Of a DNA stretch of 64,000 nt, positions 54,506-64,000 are shown in pieces. Source of the DNA: a virus (Duplodnaviria > Caudoviricetes); IMG/VR virus record IMGVR_UViG_3300033073_001149, positions 7,247-71,246 of that record, one strand, 5' to 3'. The position numbers were made by a program, and so were the translations under genes. A model generated the notes under the pieces. The model searched no databases. It saw only the letters and a list, made by a program, of their open reading frames with translations, and was not told the DNA's origin. Position 1 is the first letter of the stretch; every line of letters starts with the position of its first letter.

Positions 54506-54602
54506 AGGGCAAAGTAAACACCTATTTTTGGATTACGCAAACTTTATGCAAGAAATATGCAAAGATATTTTTAATTAATTGAAAATAAGATGATTAAACT
54601 TT

Positions 54603-54824
54603 CTAACTATCGGTACTATGCAGTATCGCTTGTGCAAAACGTATTAGGTCGGGGCGGCACAAAGGCTCTATATTATACATAGCTATTAGTATGTCGTACA
54701 ACTCGTCGTTTTCGTAACACCCGCCATAGACAAAATCTTCGCTTTCATTTCCACCAAAGGCTGCGTAAAAATAAACATCTTCTGTTTCGGATAGAAATAT
54801 ATTGTCTATTAGCTCTGCGTTCAT
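54603..54824 (-). CDS. Acidic hypothetical protein (73 aa)
   Basis: ORF after the phosphoesterase gene. Confidence 0.5.
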   Translation of the reverse strand: MNAELIDNIFLSETEDVYFYAAFGGNESEDFVYGGCYENDELYDILIAMYNIEPLCRPDLIRFAQAILHSTDS

Positions 54825-54836
54825 AGGTTAAATATA

Positions 54837-56003
54837 CTAAAATGTTTCAATCCAATTGCCTATAATTCCTTTCTCTTTATCAATAATATGCGCTGTGCAA
54901 CTCTTTGGTATTCCAACGTAGCCATTTGAGTAATGCCAAGTATCGGTGTTGCTCATAGCCCTCATATAGTGCAGTTCAACACCCCGCCTATCTTCGTGGT
55001 TAAGGTACTTATATTGCTTGCTTGAATGGAAATGACCAAGCCACATACTACGGTGTTTAGTACGCCCCCACATTTCGGGTTGAAGCGAAGCCATTATATT
55101 ATGAAAGTCGTTTGTCTTACCACCATGACCGTGAGTTAGGGCCAACATACACTTTCCGTATTCATAAAACTTAAACTGAATACGCTGAAAATCTAAATTA
55201 ACATTATTATTCCCCTCGTATATCAATTCAAGGCACTTAGATAGATACCACAGCTTGTTTTGGTCGTGGTTTGAGTAAACGGTAATCAGGTCTATTTTAA
55301 CGCCCTTAGATAGGCTGTAATCAACGCACCAACGTATAGCATTTAAGCCAAGTGTAAACGAATTAGACCAATCGGGAAATACATCTTGCGGCGTTCCGCT
55401 TGTGGTAAAACCATGATTGTCGTCATTGTAGAAATCATTACCTATCGGGAATACAATCCTTTCTACATTATCGGCAAAGCACCTTTCGAAAAGAGAGGCA
55501 AATGCCTCCCTAAATATGCGCACATTTTCTTCTATTGAAGCATTGTGATTTGTTGTTTCGGCTACAGATAATTTTGAAATGTGGCAATCGTAGATGTTTA
55601 TCAGCCCAATCTTATCAGAGGCAACTTGCTTACCAAACTTTGGCACTTCAAACTTGTACCCCTTTAGTCCCGTGATAAGATTATCAAGGAAATCAACCTC
55701 GTGGTCTACCTTGAAAAACAGAGAATGTGAACGACCTTTCTCGTTAGGTTTGGTCTTTAGCCACCCGTGTTTAACCTCTCCATAATCTATCCCCTCGTTA
55801 TCTATTACAGGAATATAGCCCCTTTCGTTAGCCTCGTCTAATTTAATTTCTTTGAGGTGTTTCCAAATCTTACCCCTTGCATTAGCAAAGGTGGTTTTAT
55901 ACTTAATAGCCATTCGCCTGTAATACTCGTATGGTGTTTCACCCTCTGTGCGGGGTGTTTCGGCTATTCGTAAGTGCCAAACTTTTTGGTTTGGTTGTGC
56001 CAT
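54837..56003 (-). CDS. Calcineurin-like metallophosphoesterase with N-terminal extension (388 aa)
   Basis: IYDCH, GNDF, SNHD, THGH, GHFH motifs. Confidence 0.8.
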   Translation of the reverse strand: MAQPNQKVWHLRIAETPRTEGETPYEYYRRMAIKYKTTFANARGKIWKHLKEIKLDEANERGYIPVIDNEGIDYGEVKHGWLKTKPNEKGRSHSLFFKVDHEVDFLDNLITGLKGYKFEVPKFGKQVASDKIGLINIYDCHISKLSVAETTNHNASIEENVRIFREAFASLFERCFADNVERIVFPIGNDFYNDDNHGFTTSGTPQDVFPDWSNSFTLGLNAIRWCVDYSLSKGVKIDLITVYSNHDQNKLWYLSKCLELIYEGNNNVNLDFQRIQFKFYEYGKCMLALTHGHGGKTNDFHNIMASLQPEMWGRTKHRSMWLGHFHSSKQYKYLNHEDRRGVELHYMRAMSNTDTWHYSNGYVGIPKSCTAHIIDKEKGIIGNWIETF

Positions 56004-56078
56004 ATTTTAGTATGTAAAGATAAGTAGATTGTAAACTATCTATTTATACGTTTTATGTACAAATAAGCATTTTATAGG

Positions 56079-56741
56079 CTAATTTGCAATTAATAAAATA
56101 CCACCCGTCAAACCAATAGCCAAACCACTTAGTAACCAAGCTAATCGTTTCGGTTTCTTTTGTTCAACTACAACATTGCCCATTGAAACCAACCTTACAT
56201 TGGGGTTCGAGAAGCTAATATCAACAACAGGGGTGTGCTTTAATTTTAAGAAGCCTGAGCGTTTATCTGCTATTACGGTAGTCATTTCGCCAACACTGTA
56301 AGGGCTGCGGATAATCTGTACGCCCGTTGATAGCACCGTTCCGCTAATGGTATCGTACTTGCTTGCCTCATAGAACTTAGTCCCTACGGTTATGCAAGTA
56401 TCGTTTTGAACTATATCGGTATAGGCTGCTGTAATTGTATCGTGAACTATTACTATCTTAGTTTTTGTAACCGACTTGATGTTGCGGTAGTGCTTTGCCT
56501 CGTCGCCAAGCATTTTAATAGCTACGTCTTTAGAGGCAATTACTTGATTTTGTTGGTAGGCTCTTGCACTGTCCGATTTTATACGTTCCATAAACCGTTG
56601 GTCGTACTCTACCTTCTCTAATTTTAGTTCGGTTATTTCCTTATCCTTAGCGCAGGATTTGATGAATAAGCCCAATATTATAAAGCCAAATACAGCTATT
56701 ACAATATTCTTAATGTAGTGTTTTGCAGCGTTGGTTTCCAT
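56079..56741 (-). CDS. Spanin-like/DUF6549-like lysis-associated membrane protein (220 aa)
   Basis: N-terminal TM with SC, coiled coil, C-terminal TM; directly after the endolysin. Confidence 0.55.
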   Translation of the reverse strand: METNAAKHYIKNIVIAVFGFIILGLFIKSCAKDKEITELKLEKVEYDQRFMERIKSDSARAYQQNQVIASKDVAIKMLGDEAKHYRNIKSVTKTKIVIVHDTITAAYTDIVQNDTCITVGTKFYEASKYDTISGTVLSTGVQIIRSPYSVGEMTTVIADKRSGFLKLKHTPVVDISFSNPNVRLVSMGNVVVEQKKPKRLAWLLSGLAIGLTGGILLIAN

Positions 56742-56743
56742 AA

Positions 56744-57202
56744 TTATTTAAGTCTTTGTTCGATTGGTTTCTCCATTGCTGCTAACCATTGTGGCGTTTT
56801 GCTGCCATACAACCAACAAGCAGGGTTCGGTTTGCTCATATCAATATCAACGTGAATAAAACTCCAACCCAAACCGATACGCTTAAACCCTGCTTTTATT
56901 AGGGCTTCAATAAGTTTCTTTGCGTGGGCTTCGGTTGTGAACTCTATATCAACTGCCATACCGCTTGTGTGCGCTGAATTGGCTACTCCGCCAACAGCCT
57001 TATTTAGTTTCAAACAACGGTAGCCACTGCTAAAAACCATAGGCTCTCCAAAGTAATCACGGGCTATTTGTAATTGATTAGCTAATTTAGTTATATTGTC
57101 TAAAACCAATTGAGGCGGGTTAAACTGCTCTGCAATATCTAACCTTGTTGCGGTATTAGATTTCAGAAATTCGCTAAGACTAAAGTTTTTTGTTAGTTGC
57201 AT
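56744..57202 (-). CDS. Endolysin, peptidase M15 family (152 aa, start MQLTKNF at 57202)
   Basis: LTKNFSL.EF, SSGYRC..LN..VGG..NSAH..G.AVD, FIHVD. Confidence 0.85.
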   Translation of the reverse strand: MQLTKNFSLSEFLKSNTATRLDIAEQFNPPQLVLDNITKLANQLQIARDYFGEPMVFSSGYRCLKLNKAVGGVANSAHTSGMAVDIEFTTEAHAKKLIEALIKAGFKRIGLGWSFIHVDIDMSKPNPACWLYGSKTPQWLAAMEKPIEQRLK

Positions 57203-57231
57203 TTGTTTATATAGTTCGGTAAAGTTAATAT

Positions 57232-58323
57232 TTATACTGTATATCCTGCTACAATAGCACCTACATCGGTAATCAGTTGCGCCCTTGTTATTATTGAAAG
57301 CCCTGTTGTATTGTCTACGGGAACACCATAAGCCACACTTAAAGCAGGGGGGACATTGCAAGTACCCGTTAATGCTCCGCTTGCATATACCACCCCACTC
57401 CTTACATCTGTTACCGCAGGTTGCCCTAATACACTATCTGCTGTGTATAATATTTTTGATGTTCCGCTTTCGTTTTGGAAAGTCCAAGATGTTACGGCAG
57501 AGGCGTATATCTTAATTCTCAAGCATTGAATAGCCATAATGTTATTCCTGTTGACTATCGGGCCTGTAACAGTAACAACTGAATTGTTTGTATTGGCTAC
57601 TATTGCAGGTACACCTGTGCTGCCTGTTACACTGCCTATTACGTTTATTGTAACAACGTTTGACGAGCCTATTGCCGATGTATCACCTGCTGTAACATTT
57701 CCTGTAATGGTAGCCGTAGCTGCTCCACCCATTAAAATAGCGTTGGAGTTAGTTGCCCCTTGCACATTACCTGTAACACTTAAAGTAGCTGCGCTGTTTA
57801 TAAATACAGGGATATTAGCCGATGCTCCTGTTGTTCCTGTAATATTACCTGTTATGTTTAAGGTACAAGCCCCTGTTGTAAAAACCCCGTAAGAACTTGC
57901 AGTTGTAGAGGTGTTAAGATTACCAACGATATTAATAGTTCCCGTTCCACTACATAATACTGTACCCGTTGATGTTGCCGTACCCTGTGTGGGGCCAAAA
58001 TTGGCTGTTATGCTTAAACCTACTGTGCTACTTGCTGTTATTAATGGTGTTGTAGAGCCGTGTATTAAGCCCCAATTGAAAGAACCTACCGTTGTTCCTG
58101 TGGCTGTTATATTATTGCCATTGGTAGCAACAAAGCCACCACCCGCAGTTATAGCAGGTGAGGCATTTGATGTATTGCGTAGGGTTTGAACGGTAATAGC
58201 TTGGTCAACAGTAACAGTAAAAGCATTTGAATAAACATCATCTCCTGTTGTTGGCAAAGTTCCGCCATTCCAAGTAGCCCCTGCGCTCCAAAGCCCTGTG
58301 GCTACCGCATATTTTACAGCCAT
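57232..58323 (-). CDS. Beta-helix-like fibre/spike protein (363 aa)
   Basis: Repeated T/I-x-I-x-G-N-V/I-T-G units. Confidence 0.6.
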   Translation of the reverse strand: MAVKYAVATGLWSAGATWNGGTLPTTGDDVYSNAFTVTVDQAITVQTLRNTSNASPAITAGGGFVATNGNNITATGTTVGSFNWGLIHGSTTPLITASSTVGLSITANFGPTQGTATSTGTVLCSGTGTINIVGNLNTSTTASSYGVFTTGACTLNITGNITGTTGASANIPVFINSAATLSVTGNVQGATNSNAILMGGAATATITGNVTAGDTSAIGSSNVVTINVIGSVTGSTGVPAIVANTNNSVVTVTGPIVNRNNIMAIQCLRIKIYASAVTSWTFQNESGTSKILYTADSVLGQPAVTDVRSGVVYASGALTGTCNVPPALSVAYGVPVDNTTGLSIITRAQLITDVGAIVAGYTV

Positions 58324-58325
58324 AA

Positions 58326-58559
58326 TTACAGTTCTTTAGCGTTTATATAAGTTTGTATTGCTTGATTTATAGAGAAAGCCGCTTGTTGCATATCGGTATC
58401 TCCCGTGCTTGCATCGGCTGTTAGTACTTGTACATCATTTTCGGGATAGTAAACCTTTACACCATCTTCAATTTTATAAGCCTTTAGCGAAATGTTAGCC
58501 TGTAAGCCTGTTACATTCATTGCTAAGTCGTACTTAAATTCTTTACCTGTTAGTTCCAT
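58326..58559 (-). CDS. Hypothetical protein (77 aa, start MELTGK)
   Basis: TAATG overlap with the upstream gene. Confidence 0.5.
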   Translation of the reverse strand: MELTGKEFKYDLAMNVTGLQANISLKAYKIEDGVKVYYPENDVQVLTADASTGDTDMQQAAFSINQAIQTYINAKEL

Positions 58560-59434
58560 TATGTATAAATTAAAGAAGCCCTTAATGTCCACGCTCCTGT
58601 GGCATATTTTGTTACGGGTGTCGTTGTAGCCCACTCAATTCGGGCTATTCTCCATACTGCCGAACTTGTAGCCGAGCCTGTTGGTGCTGTCCCGCAATAG
58701 TCATAAAAATTAAGCGTATCATTGTCATTTAGTCGTATAAAGGTAGGAATATCAGCCGCAACTAAAGCCCTAAAGGTAGGTGTTCCCGACGAGCCATTTG
58801 GTGCAGCAAAAACCGTATTGGCTGTTTGGCTGTTAAATGTTCCCGTTAATGTTCCGCTACTTGTTACGGGGCTATTGGTTACGGTAAATATACTTGGTAG
58901 TGCCAACCCAACACTTGTAACAGTTCCACTTGGTATGGTTGGGAACGTAGCTAATGACCCGTCGCCTCTTACGTATTGGCTTGTTGTTCCTGTTGGTAAG
59001 GGGTAGTATGTGGTATTGTCGTAGCTTATTGCTGTTCCTGCAATCTTAACAAATCCCGTACCGTTTAATGCGCTCTGTTTGCCGTTAAAAGTATTCCAAT
59101 CGGTAGAACTTAAATACCCGTCTTGTGCTGTTGTAGCCTTTTGAATACTTATTGTGCCTGCTGTGGTTATCGTACCTCCCAATATAGGCGAGGTTGTCGC
59201 TATGCTCGTAACCGTTCCGCCTCCTCCTCCACCCGAATTAGCTAAGAGCCAAGCGGTCATTAACTCATTCTCGGTAATTGAACCCGAAGCGTTAGGTAAT
59301 ATACCTTTTAGTTTTTGGGTAAGATACGCTTGTACCGCAGTGCTATTTAGATTAAAGGCGTTTGTAGGCGAAGTTGTGTTGTTCGGGTTCTGCCGAAGTA
59401 CAGTTGATAATAATGTTTTGTATAGATTATCCAC
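58559..59434 (-). CDS. Fibre-like virion protein (291 aa)
   Basis: GTVTS repeats, GYLSSTDWNTFNGKQ, YVRGDGSL, PTFRALVAADIP fibre segments. Confidence 0.7.
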   Translation of the reverse strand: MDNLYKTLLSTVLRQNPNNTTSPTNAFNLNSTAVQAYLTQKLKGILPNASGSITENELMTAWLLANSGGGGGGTVTSIATTSPILGGTITTAGTISIQKATTAQDGYLSSTDWNTFNGKQSALNGTGFVKIAGTAISYDNTTYYPLPTGTTSQYVRGDGSLATFPTIPSGTVTSVGLALPSIFTVTNSPVTSSGTLTGTFNSQTANTVFAAPNGSSGTPTFRALVAADIPTFIRLNDNDTLNFYDYCGTAPTGSATSSAVWRIARIEWATTTPVTKYATGAWTLRASLIYT

Positions 59435-59437
59435 AAC

Positions 59438-59674
59438 CTAAACCCCTTTGTCTGCTTTGCTTTCTTGGTTATTTTGCCAAGTTTTTATACCCAACAAAAA
59501 ACTAACCAATACGGTAAAGTTAGGTAAAACTACTGTTGATGTTGAAACGTCTTTATATATTGATATGGAAGAAAGAATACAAAGAAAAACAAAGCCACAA
59601 GTGCCAAGAACGGAACGCTGCGAATACAGCCCGTCCTTACCTGTGTGCATATCTTTAAGGAGTTTTCTTACCAT
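59438..59674 (-). CDS. Holin-like two-TM protein (78 aa)
   Basis: Two TM helices, in the lysis region. Confidence 0.55.
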   Translation of the reverse strand: MVRKLLKDMHTGKDGLYSQRSVLGTCGFVFLCILSSISIYKDVSTSTVVLPNFTVLVSFLLGIKTWQNNQESKADKGV

Positions 59675-59891
59675 TTTTCTTTTTAATAGCGTCCTTTATC
59701 TCGTCTAAAAAAAACTTTACAAACCAACCAACCGCCCCACCTATTGTTGCGTATAGGGCTACTGCAAGTATATGTTCTGCGTTTATCTCTGTCAACTTAG
59801 CTGCTGCGTATGTGCCACCGCCTATTGTTCCTCCTATCTCGGCAAAATGGTTATGTACAAAATCTGTAAATTCGGCAAAGTAATGTTTCAT
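59655..59891 (-). CDS. Holin/antiholin-like membrane protein (78 aa)
   Basis: Gly-rich hydrophobic helices with a basic C-terminus. Confidence 0.5.
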   Translation of the reverse strand: MKHYFAEFTDFVHNHFAEIGGTIGGGTYAAAKLTEINAEHILAVALYATIGGAVGWFVKFFLDEIKDAIKKKNGKKTP

Positions 59892-59894
59892 TGT

Positions 59895-61073
59895 TTATTG
59901 TTTAACCATTACTATTCCTGCTGCGTTAAGAGGTGCTGCACCTAAACCCGTTGTTTGGTAGAAATCACCCGTAGCTAAACTTGCTGCGTCTGCATCGTCG
60001 TCAAATGCGGGTAGCGTAGTTCCTTTTATAGTACCCGACAAAGCAAGGTTTCCAACAACCTCAAGTTTTTCGGTTGGGCTGTTAGTGCCTATACCTACGT
60101 TATTTGAGGTGTCTAAGGTCATAGTATCAACACCGTTACTGCGCATACTCATAGTGCCATCTACCCTAAATCCCATCGTAGAGCCTGCCATTCCATTGTT
60201 AGAACCTACGTCTATATCATCGCCTACAAAATAAATACCTACATTGTGTGCTGCACTGTCTGTGTTACCTATCCATGTATAAGGGTCTGTGCCGTCTACC
60301 CCCTGCTGTAATTCTGACCTAAAGCCTACTGCGGGGTCGCCAACAAAGTGTACTTTATATTGAGGAGCAATTAATCCCACCCCTACATTCCCTGCATCGG
60401 GCTGTATAATAAAATCCTCTCCATCAGTAGTACCTATAAAGTTAGTAGCGGGGTCTGTTCCTGCGTTACCTGTTAAAGACCAACCCGAACCGCCCGAAGG
60501 ACTTAGCCCATTAATAGTGCTAACCAAAGTTGCAGGGGCTATGCCTATTTGATATTCCGCTAATTCAGCCGCCCCCTCGTCATATTTTACCAAAGAGCCG
60601 CCATAAACACCCAATGCGCTTATATCGTTTATCCTTAAAGCGTTTAGGTAAACATCGTTAGTTGGGTAAGAGTAACTTACAGATGAAACCGAAGCGTAGC
60701 CCGTGGCAGAGCTAATAGCCTGTGCTACTGTAATATTCTGAACCAACTGCGCTATTGCAGTTAGGCTGTTAGTGCCGTTATCGGTTAGTTTTGTCCAACG
60801 ACCTGCGCCTATATTAAAGACCTCGTCTATGCTGCTTACCAATCCCGAATAACCAATGGTAGCCTCTACTCTTGCACCTTGAATATCTGTAAGGGTTAGG
60901 AAGTAAGGGCTTAGTCCCGCTACCGTTGCGGGGCTTTGCGATGAAAATATAGAACGAACCTGTCCCGCCTCTACAACAACAATCTCGCTACCGTTGCTAT
61001 TAGATTTTATATTAGCTACAATATCTTCTGCGATATTATATGTGCCGCCTGTTTGTAAGTTTACCGTTATCAT
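59895..61073 (-). CDS. Fibre/decoration protein (392 aa), N-terminal paralogue of 21924-22874
   Basis: WSLTGNAGT...FIGTTD and GNVGIGT.SP..KL.V fibre repeats in the C-terminal half. Confidence 0.65.
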   Translation of the reverse strand: MITVNLQTGGTYNIAEDIVANIKSNSNGSEIVVVEAGQVRSIFSSQSPATVAGLSPYFLTLTDIQGARVEATIGYSGLVSSIDEVFNIGAGRWTKLTDNGTNSLTAIAQLVQNITVAQAISSATGYASVSSVSYSYPTNDVYLNALRINDISALGVYGGSLVKYDEGAAELAEYQIGIAPATLVSTINGLSPSGGSGWSLTGNAGTDPATNFIGTTDGEDFIIQPDAGNVGVGLIAPQYKVHFVGDPAVGFRSELQQGVDGTDPYTWIGNTDSAAHNVGIYFVGDDIDVGSNNGMAGSTMGFRVDGTMSMRSNGVDTMTLDTSNNVGIGTNSPTEKLEVVGNLALSGTIKGTTLPAFDDDADAASLATGDFYQTTGLGAAPLNAAGIVMVKQ

Positions 61074-61074
61074 A

Positions 61075-61713
61075 TTATGCGTATGTTAGTGTTGCTCTGT
61101 CGTCCCAAACGTAACTGTTGGCAAGTTCGCCACCAGCCCACAAAACTGTTGTTACTGTTCCCGCTACTGTTTCTTTTTGTACCGCCCAAACGGGGTCTGC
61201 ATTTGCCGAACCAACTAAAGCATACCCACGATAGGTTATTCCACCTACACCCGTTGCGTCTACCCTTGTAGCTTTTAGTACATCTAAAGGATTAGTAATT
61301 AATAGGAACGCTTGGTTTGGGGTATCTATATTTTGTACCGTAACGGTAATTTGTGAAGCACCTCCCGATACAACAGCATTGTCTACAACAGGAACATACC
61401 CGCCTAACTGTTCAAAGGTGATAAGTATCTTATACTGTCCGTAGTCGTTAGCGTTCTGTACCCCCGTTAGCTGCTTTGCTTGAAGTACTAAAGCGTTGCT
61501 GTTTAACTCGGCAACAATATCTTCTAAGGTTTGGTTGTTGCTTGTATTGAAAGGTACTTGGGTTATCGCCACGCCATCAATATCTAAATCAAAAGCGTTA
61601 CCCGTTATCAAAGAGCCATTAAATACCAATAGTACCTGTGCCGAGCCTGAATATACACCCGAACCTACTATTGCCTGACTGATATTCCCGTTAAAAGGAG
61701 TTCCTAAAGCCAT
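61075..61713 (-). CDS. Virion structural protein (212 aa)
   Basis: Beta-rich; C-terminal YxGxAxxGS...W...W..R..L.Y module shared with 58559-59434. Confidence 0.55.
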   Translation of the reverse strand: MALGTPFNGNISQAIVGSGVYSGSAQVLLVFNGSLITGNAFDLDIDGVAITQVPFNTSNNQTLEDIVAELNSNALVLQAKQLTGVQNANDYGQYKILITFEQLGGYVPVVDNAVVSGGASQITVTVQNIDTPNQAFLLITNPLDVLKATRVDATGVGGITYRGYALVGSANADPVWAVQKETVAGTVTTVLWAGGELANSYVWDDRATLTYA

Positions 61714-61786
61714 TTTTATTTTTTAGGTAAAAATAGGCATATTGTTAGTCTAATAGAAATATAGGCTTCCCGCTAAAGGGTTTATT

Positions 61787-64000
61787 TTATTTTAGCATAC
61801 TATTTAGCTTAGGTAATTTATATCCGCTACCTTCGGGTTTTTCTTTAGCACCCTCTATGGCATCAATAATATGTTGGCTACTTCCCCTTACTTTGTTTTT
61901 TTCAATACTTATTTTAGCTTGTGCATATTTACGACTTAGGCTACGCATTTTGCTTAAATCATTTTTTACCTTGTCAATATTTCCATTCTCTACAAAGTTC
62001 TTCTCTTTACTGTAATAATCTTCAACAAGTTTTTTGTATTCCGTTCCTGCGGTAACAGCAAAATCGTGGAACTCGTTGTCGTCCATAACCCTTAGTGTTC
62101 CGTCTGCGTTTAGTAGTGGATAGTCAGTGGTTTCTAACGAGGTGTTGTCGTCCCTTAGTGGTTGGCTGATGTTGATGTACCTCTTAGCTAATGCTAATTC
62201 AGCAGGTGTTGGTTTTACTTTAGAAGAAAAATCGCCCGTTAGGTTGTACCTATCTCCCCTGTTATACTCACGTCCAAATACATCAACTGCGGGGCGGTCT
62301 AATTTAAAATTAGTATAAATACCCCCTGCGTTATATAGCTGCTCAAAATACCCCTTTCTGTCCATTGCGGTAGGCTCTGTAAAGTTGCGAAGCTGTCGGC
62401 TCATACCCGCCCAAGGCAACGCTAAGTTTGAGGTAAAATTAGCCGCATATTTATCACCTGCTCCCGCTTTGCCCTTTGCTATATCTTGAGTAGCCTTTAA
62501 TCCTTGCAAGAAACTAAGGTCAAGTAAGTATTTTGGCTTGTGTCGGTATTCGGCTAAAGCGTCCAATATTGTTGGGTCTTTTACCTCTTGTTTCTTTTTC
62601 CTTAACTCGTTGTAAACATCACCATATTGTGCAAGGCTTATTCCAAATGGCCCGAACATATCAAGCGGTATCTCTCTACCAAATATTTTTAGGGTATTAG
62701 GTTTTTGATTACCTACTGTTTGAGAACCCGTTAAATAGGTATCATCATCGTCCTCTCCACTCATTTCAAGCAAAGCCCCAATAATAATCCAAGACGCTCC
62801 GCCAAGCATAGCTTTTGCCTGATATTCATAGGCACGTTGGCGTGATATATAAGATTTAACCTCATCTTTTTGAACCTTAGAGGCTATTCCATAACCAACC
62901 GCCTTTAACGTTCCATACAAAGGGTCAAACTCTGCTGCCCTTTCTAAGATATTAGCTACACCGTTAACAAAAGGAATAACAGAATTTGCCATAACACTTG
63001 CTGCCGACTGCGCTAATTTCTTTTTTCGTGTCGGATTTCCGTCGCTTAATTCCTCTACTACGTTGTTTAAGGTAGCCTTTGCCCGCATAGTAACAAAACC
63101 CATAAGGTTTAATATGCCTGTTGGTTTTTGTAATTTATATGTTACCTCGTCAGCAAATTGCTCTGCAACCATTCGGCTCTGTTCGCTCCTGTCTTGTATC
63201 AATATCTCGGCAACCCTGCGTTTCATTTGCGCCTTAGTGGGCTTTTTGCCCATTTTTTGATATTCTTTTTTGGCTTGCTCCTCTGCGGCTGCTGTATCTC
63301 CACCAAACATTTGTTCCCACGCCAAATCTCCCGCTTGTTTGCGAGATAGACTTGGGTTATCTTTCATTGCTTTGTACTTTAGGAATTTATACTGCTCCGA
63401 AGCGTTTACCAAAGCCCAATTGAAGCTATCTACTGCCTCAGCTAATCGAGGGTTGTATTTTTCACTCCTTAGTATGGTATTCAGCACATTTAGGTTAACC
63501 GTCTTATTGCCTATTTTTGCAAAGAAATCAGGTATCAGCCCATTGGATTTGGTTAGCTGCTCCATTGTACGTACAGGGTATTTTCTGCCAACACCGTTCA
63601 GTTCGCTTTTAGCTGCCCCGCTTGTTCCTATATCGCCCGAAAGTAAAGTAGATTTTAATGCGTTCCAACCATAACCCATTTCTTTAAAAGCCGCTTTAAT
63701 AGCCCTTACATCGCCTGTGGTTATCGCATTAAGCAATACCTTGCCAACAACGTCCATAAAGGCTGCGGTGTTCTTAGCGTGTGTCATAAAGCCATAAAAC
63801 CGCATAGTGTAAACACTTGGCATATTCATAGCCGCTAAGGTAGCCTCACCTTTTGCATAGTCCCAAGCCCCCTCAATGCGTTGTCCATAAACAACCCGCA
63901 TTAAAAATCCCTCTAAATTCTCGCCTGCAAGTGCCTTAATAAAGCCTACGGGTGCATTAGCGTACTCTTTAACCAACTGCTTAAACTCGGCTTCTTGGTC
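61787..64000 (-). CDS. C-terminal part of a very large virion (ejection/polyvalent-type) protein; starts outside the window
   Basis: The frame appears open to the window edge; helical Ala/Lys-rich sequence with a C-terminal GREIPLDMFGPF...DVFGREY region resembling LPD38-type tails. Confidence 0.7.
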   Translation of the reverse strand, partial: DQEAEFKQLVKEYANAPVGFIKALAGENLEGFLMRVVYGQRIEGAWDYAKGEATLAAMNMPSVYTMRFYGFMTHAKNTAAFMDVVGKVLLNAITTGDVRAIKAAFKEMGYGWNALKSTLLSGDIGTSGAAKSELNGVGRKYPVRTMEQLTKSNGLIPDFFAKIGNKTVNLNVLNTILRSEKYNPRLAEAVDSFNWALVNASEQYKFLKYKAMKDNPSLSRKQAGDLAWEQMFGGDTAAAEEQAKKEYQKMGKKPTKAQMKRRVAEILIQDRSEQSRMVAEQFADEVTYKLQKPTGILNLMGFVTMRAKATLNNVVEELSDGNPTRKKKLAQSAASVMANSVIPFVNGVANILERAAEFDPLYGTLKAVGYGIASKVQKDEVKSYISRQRAYEYQAKAMLGGASWIIIGALLEMSGEDDDDTYLTGSQTVGNQKPNTLKIFGREIPLDMFGPFGISLAQYGDVYNELRKKKQEVKDPTILDALAEYRHKPKYLLDLSFLQGLKATQDIAKGKAGAGDKYAANFTSNLALPWAGMSRQLRNFTEPTAMDRKGYFEQLYNAGGIYTNFKLDRPAVDVFGREYNRGDRYNLTGDFSSKVKPTPAELALAKRYINISQPLRDDNTSLETTDYPLLNADGTLRVMDDNEFHDFAVTAGTEYKKLVEDYYSKEKNFVENGNIDKVKNDLSKMRSLSRKYAQAKISIEKNKVRGSSQHIIDAIEGAKEKPEGSGYKLPKLNSMLK

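Noticed and set aside
1-64000. tRNA genes, DGR/retron reverse transcriptase, stop-codon reassignment
   Set aside because: No T-loop/cloverleaf consensus or RT motif was seen by eye; long genes read through with the standard code, and TAA, TAG and TGA all act as stops.

Overview
A 64-kb slice of a tailed-phage genome (Caudoviricetes, short-tail type). The host is most likely Bacteroidota: there are TAnnTTTG-type promoters, A-rich leaders without Shine-Dalgarno sequences, and DUF3127- and MmcB-type genes. 1-23 kb and 56-64 kb (mostly minus strand) hold the virion and lysis modules: ejection-type proteins, tail muzzle, portal, three ring proteins, major capsid, scaffold, terminase, fibre/decoration proteins, an M15 endolysin and holin-like genes. 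A plus-strand HTH-GroES-GroES-like operon sits between terminase and scaffold. 23-29 kb and 38-56 kb (minus) hold replication, recombination and DNA-modification genes: primase-helicase, initiator, annealing protein plus exonuclease, SSB-like protein, methyltransferase, PAPS-reductase-like protein, phosphoesterase, serine recombinase, HNH, GIY-YIG and an orphan TnpB. 30.6-38.1 kb is a plus-strand cassette of about 28 tiny, probably early genes. The most unusual signals are non-coding. (i) A HAD RNA-repair-type gene is sandwiched between two large, multi-stem candidate RNAs. (ii) Two promoter-proximal leaders share a loop-loop complementarity architecture. (iii) A 26-bp dyad, TAAACTAT-N10-ATAGTTTA, occurs three times; two copies are inverted around a symmetric 0.5-kb segment containing a G-quadruplex motif, and the third lies beside the serine recombinase operon. 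No tRNA, CRISPR array, reverse transcriptase or integrase-length recombinase was seen. All functional calls come from motif reading by eye; no searches or folding programs were run.
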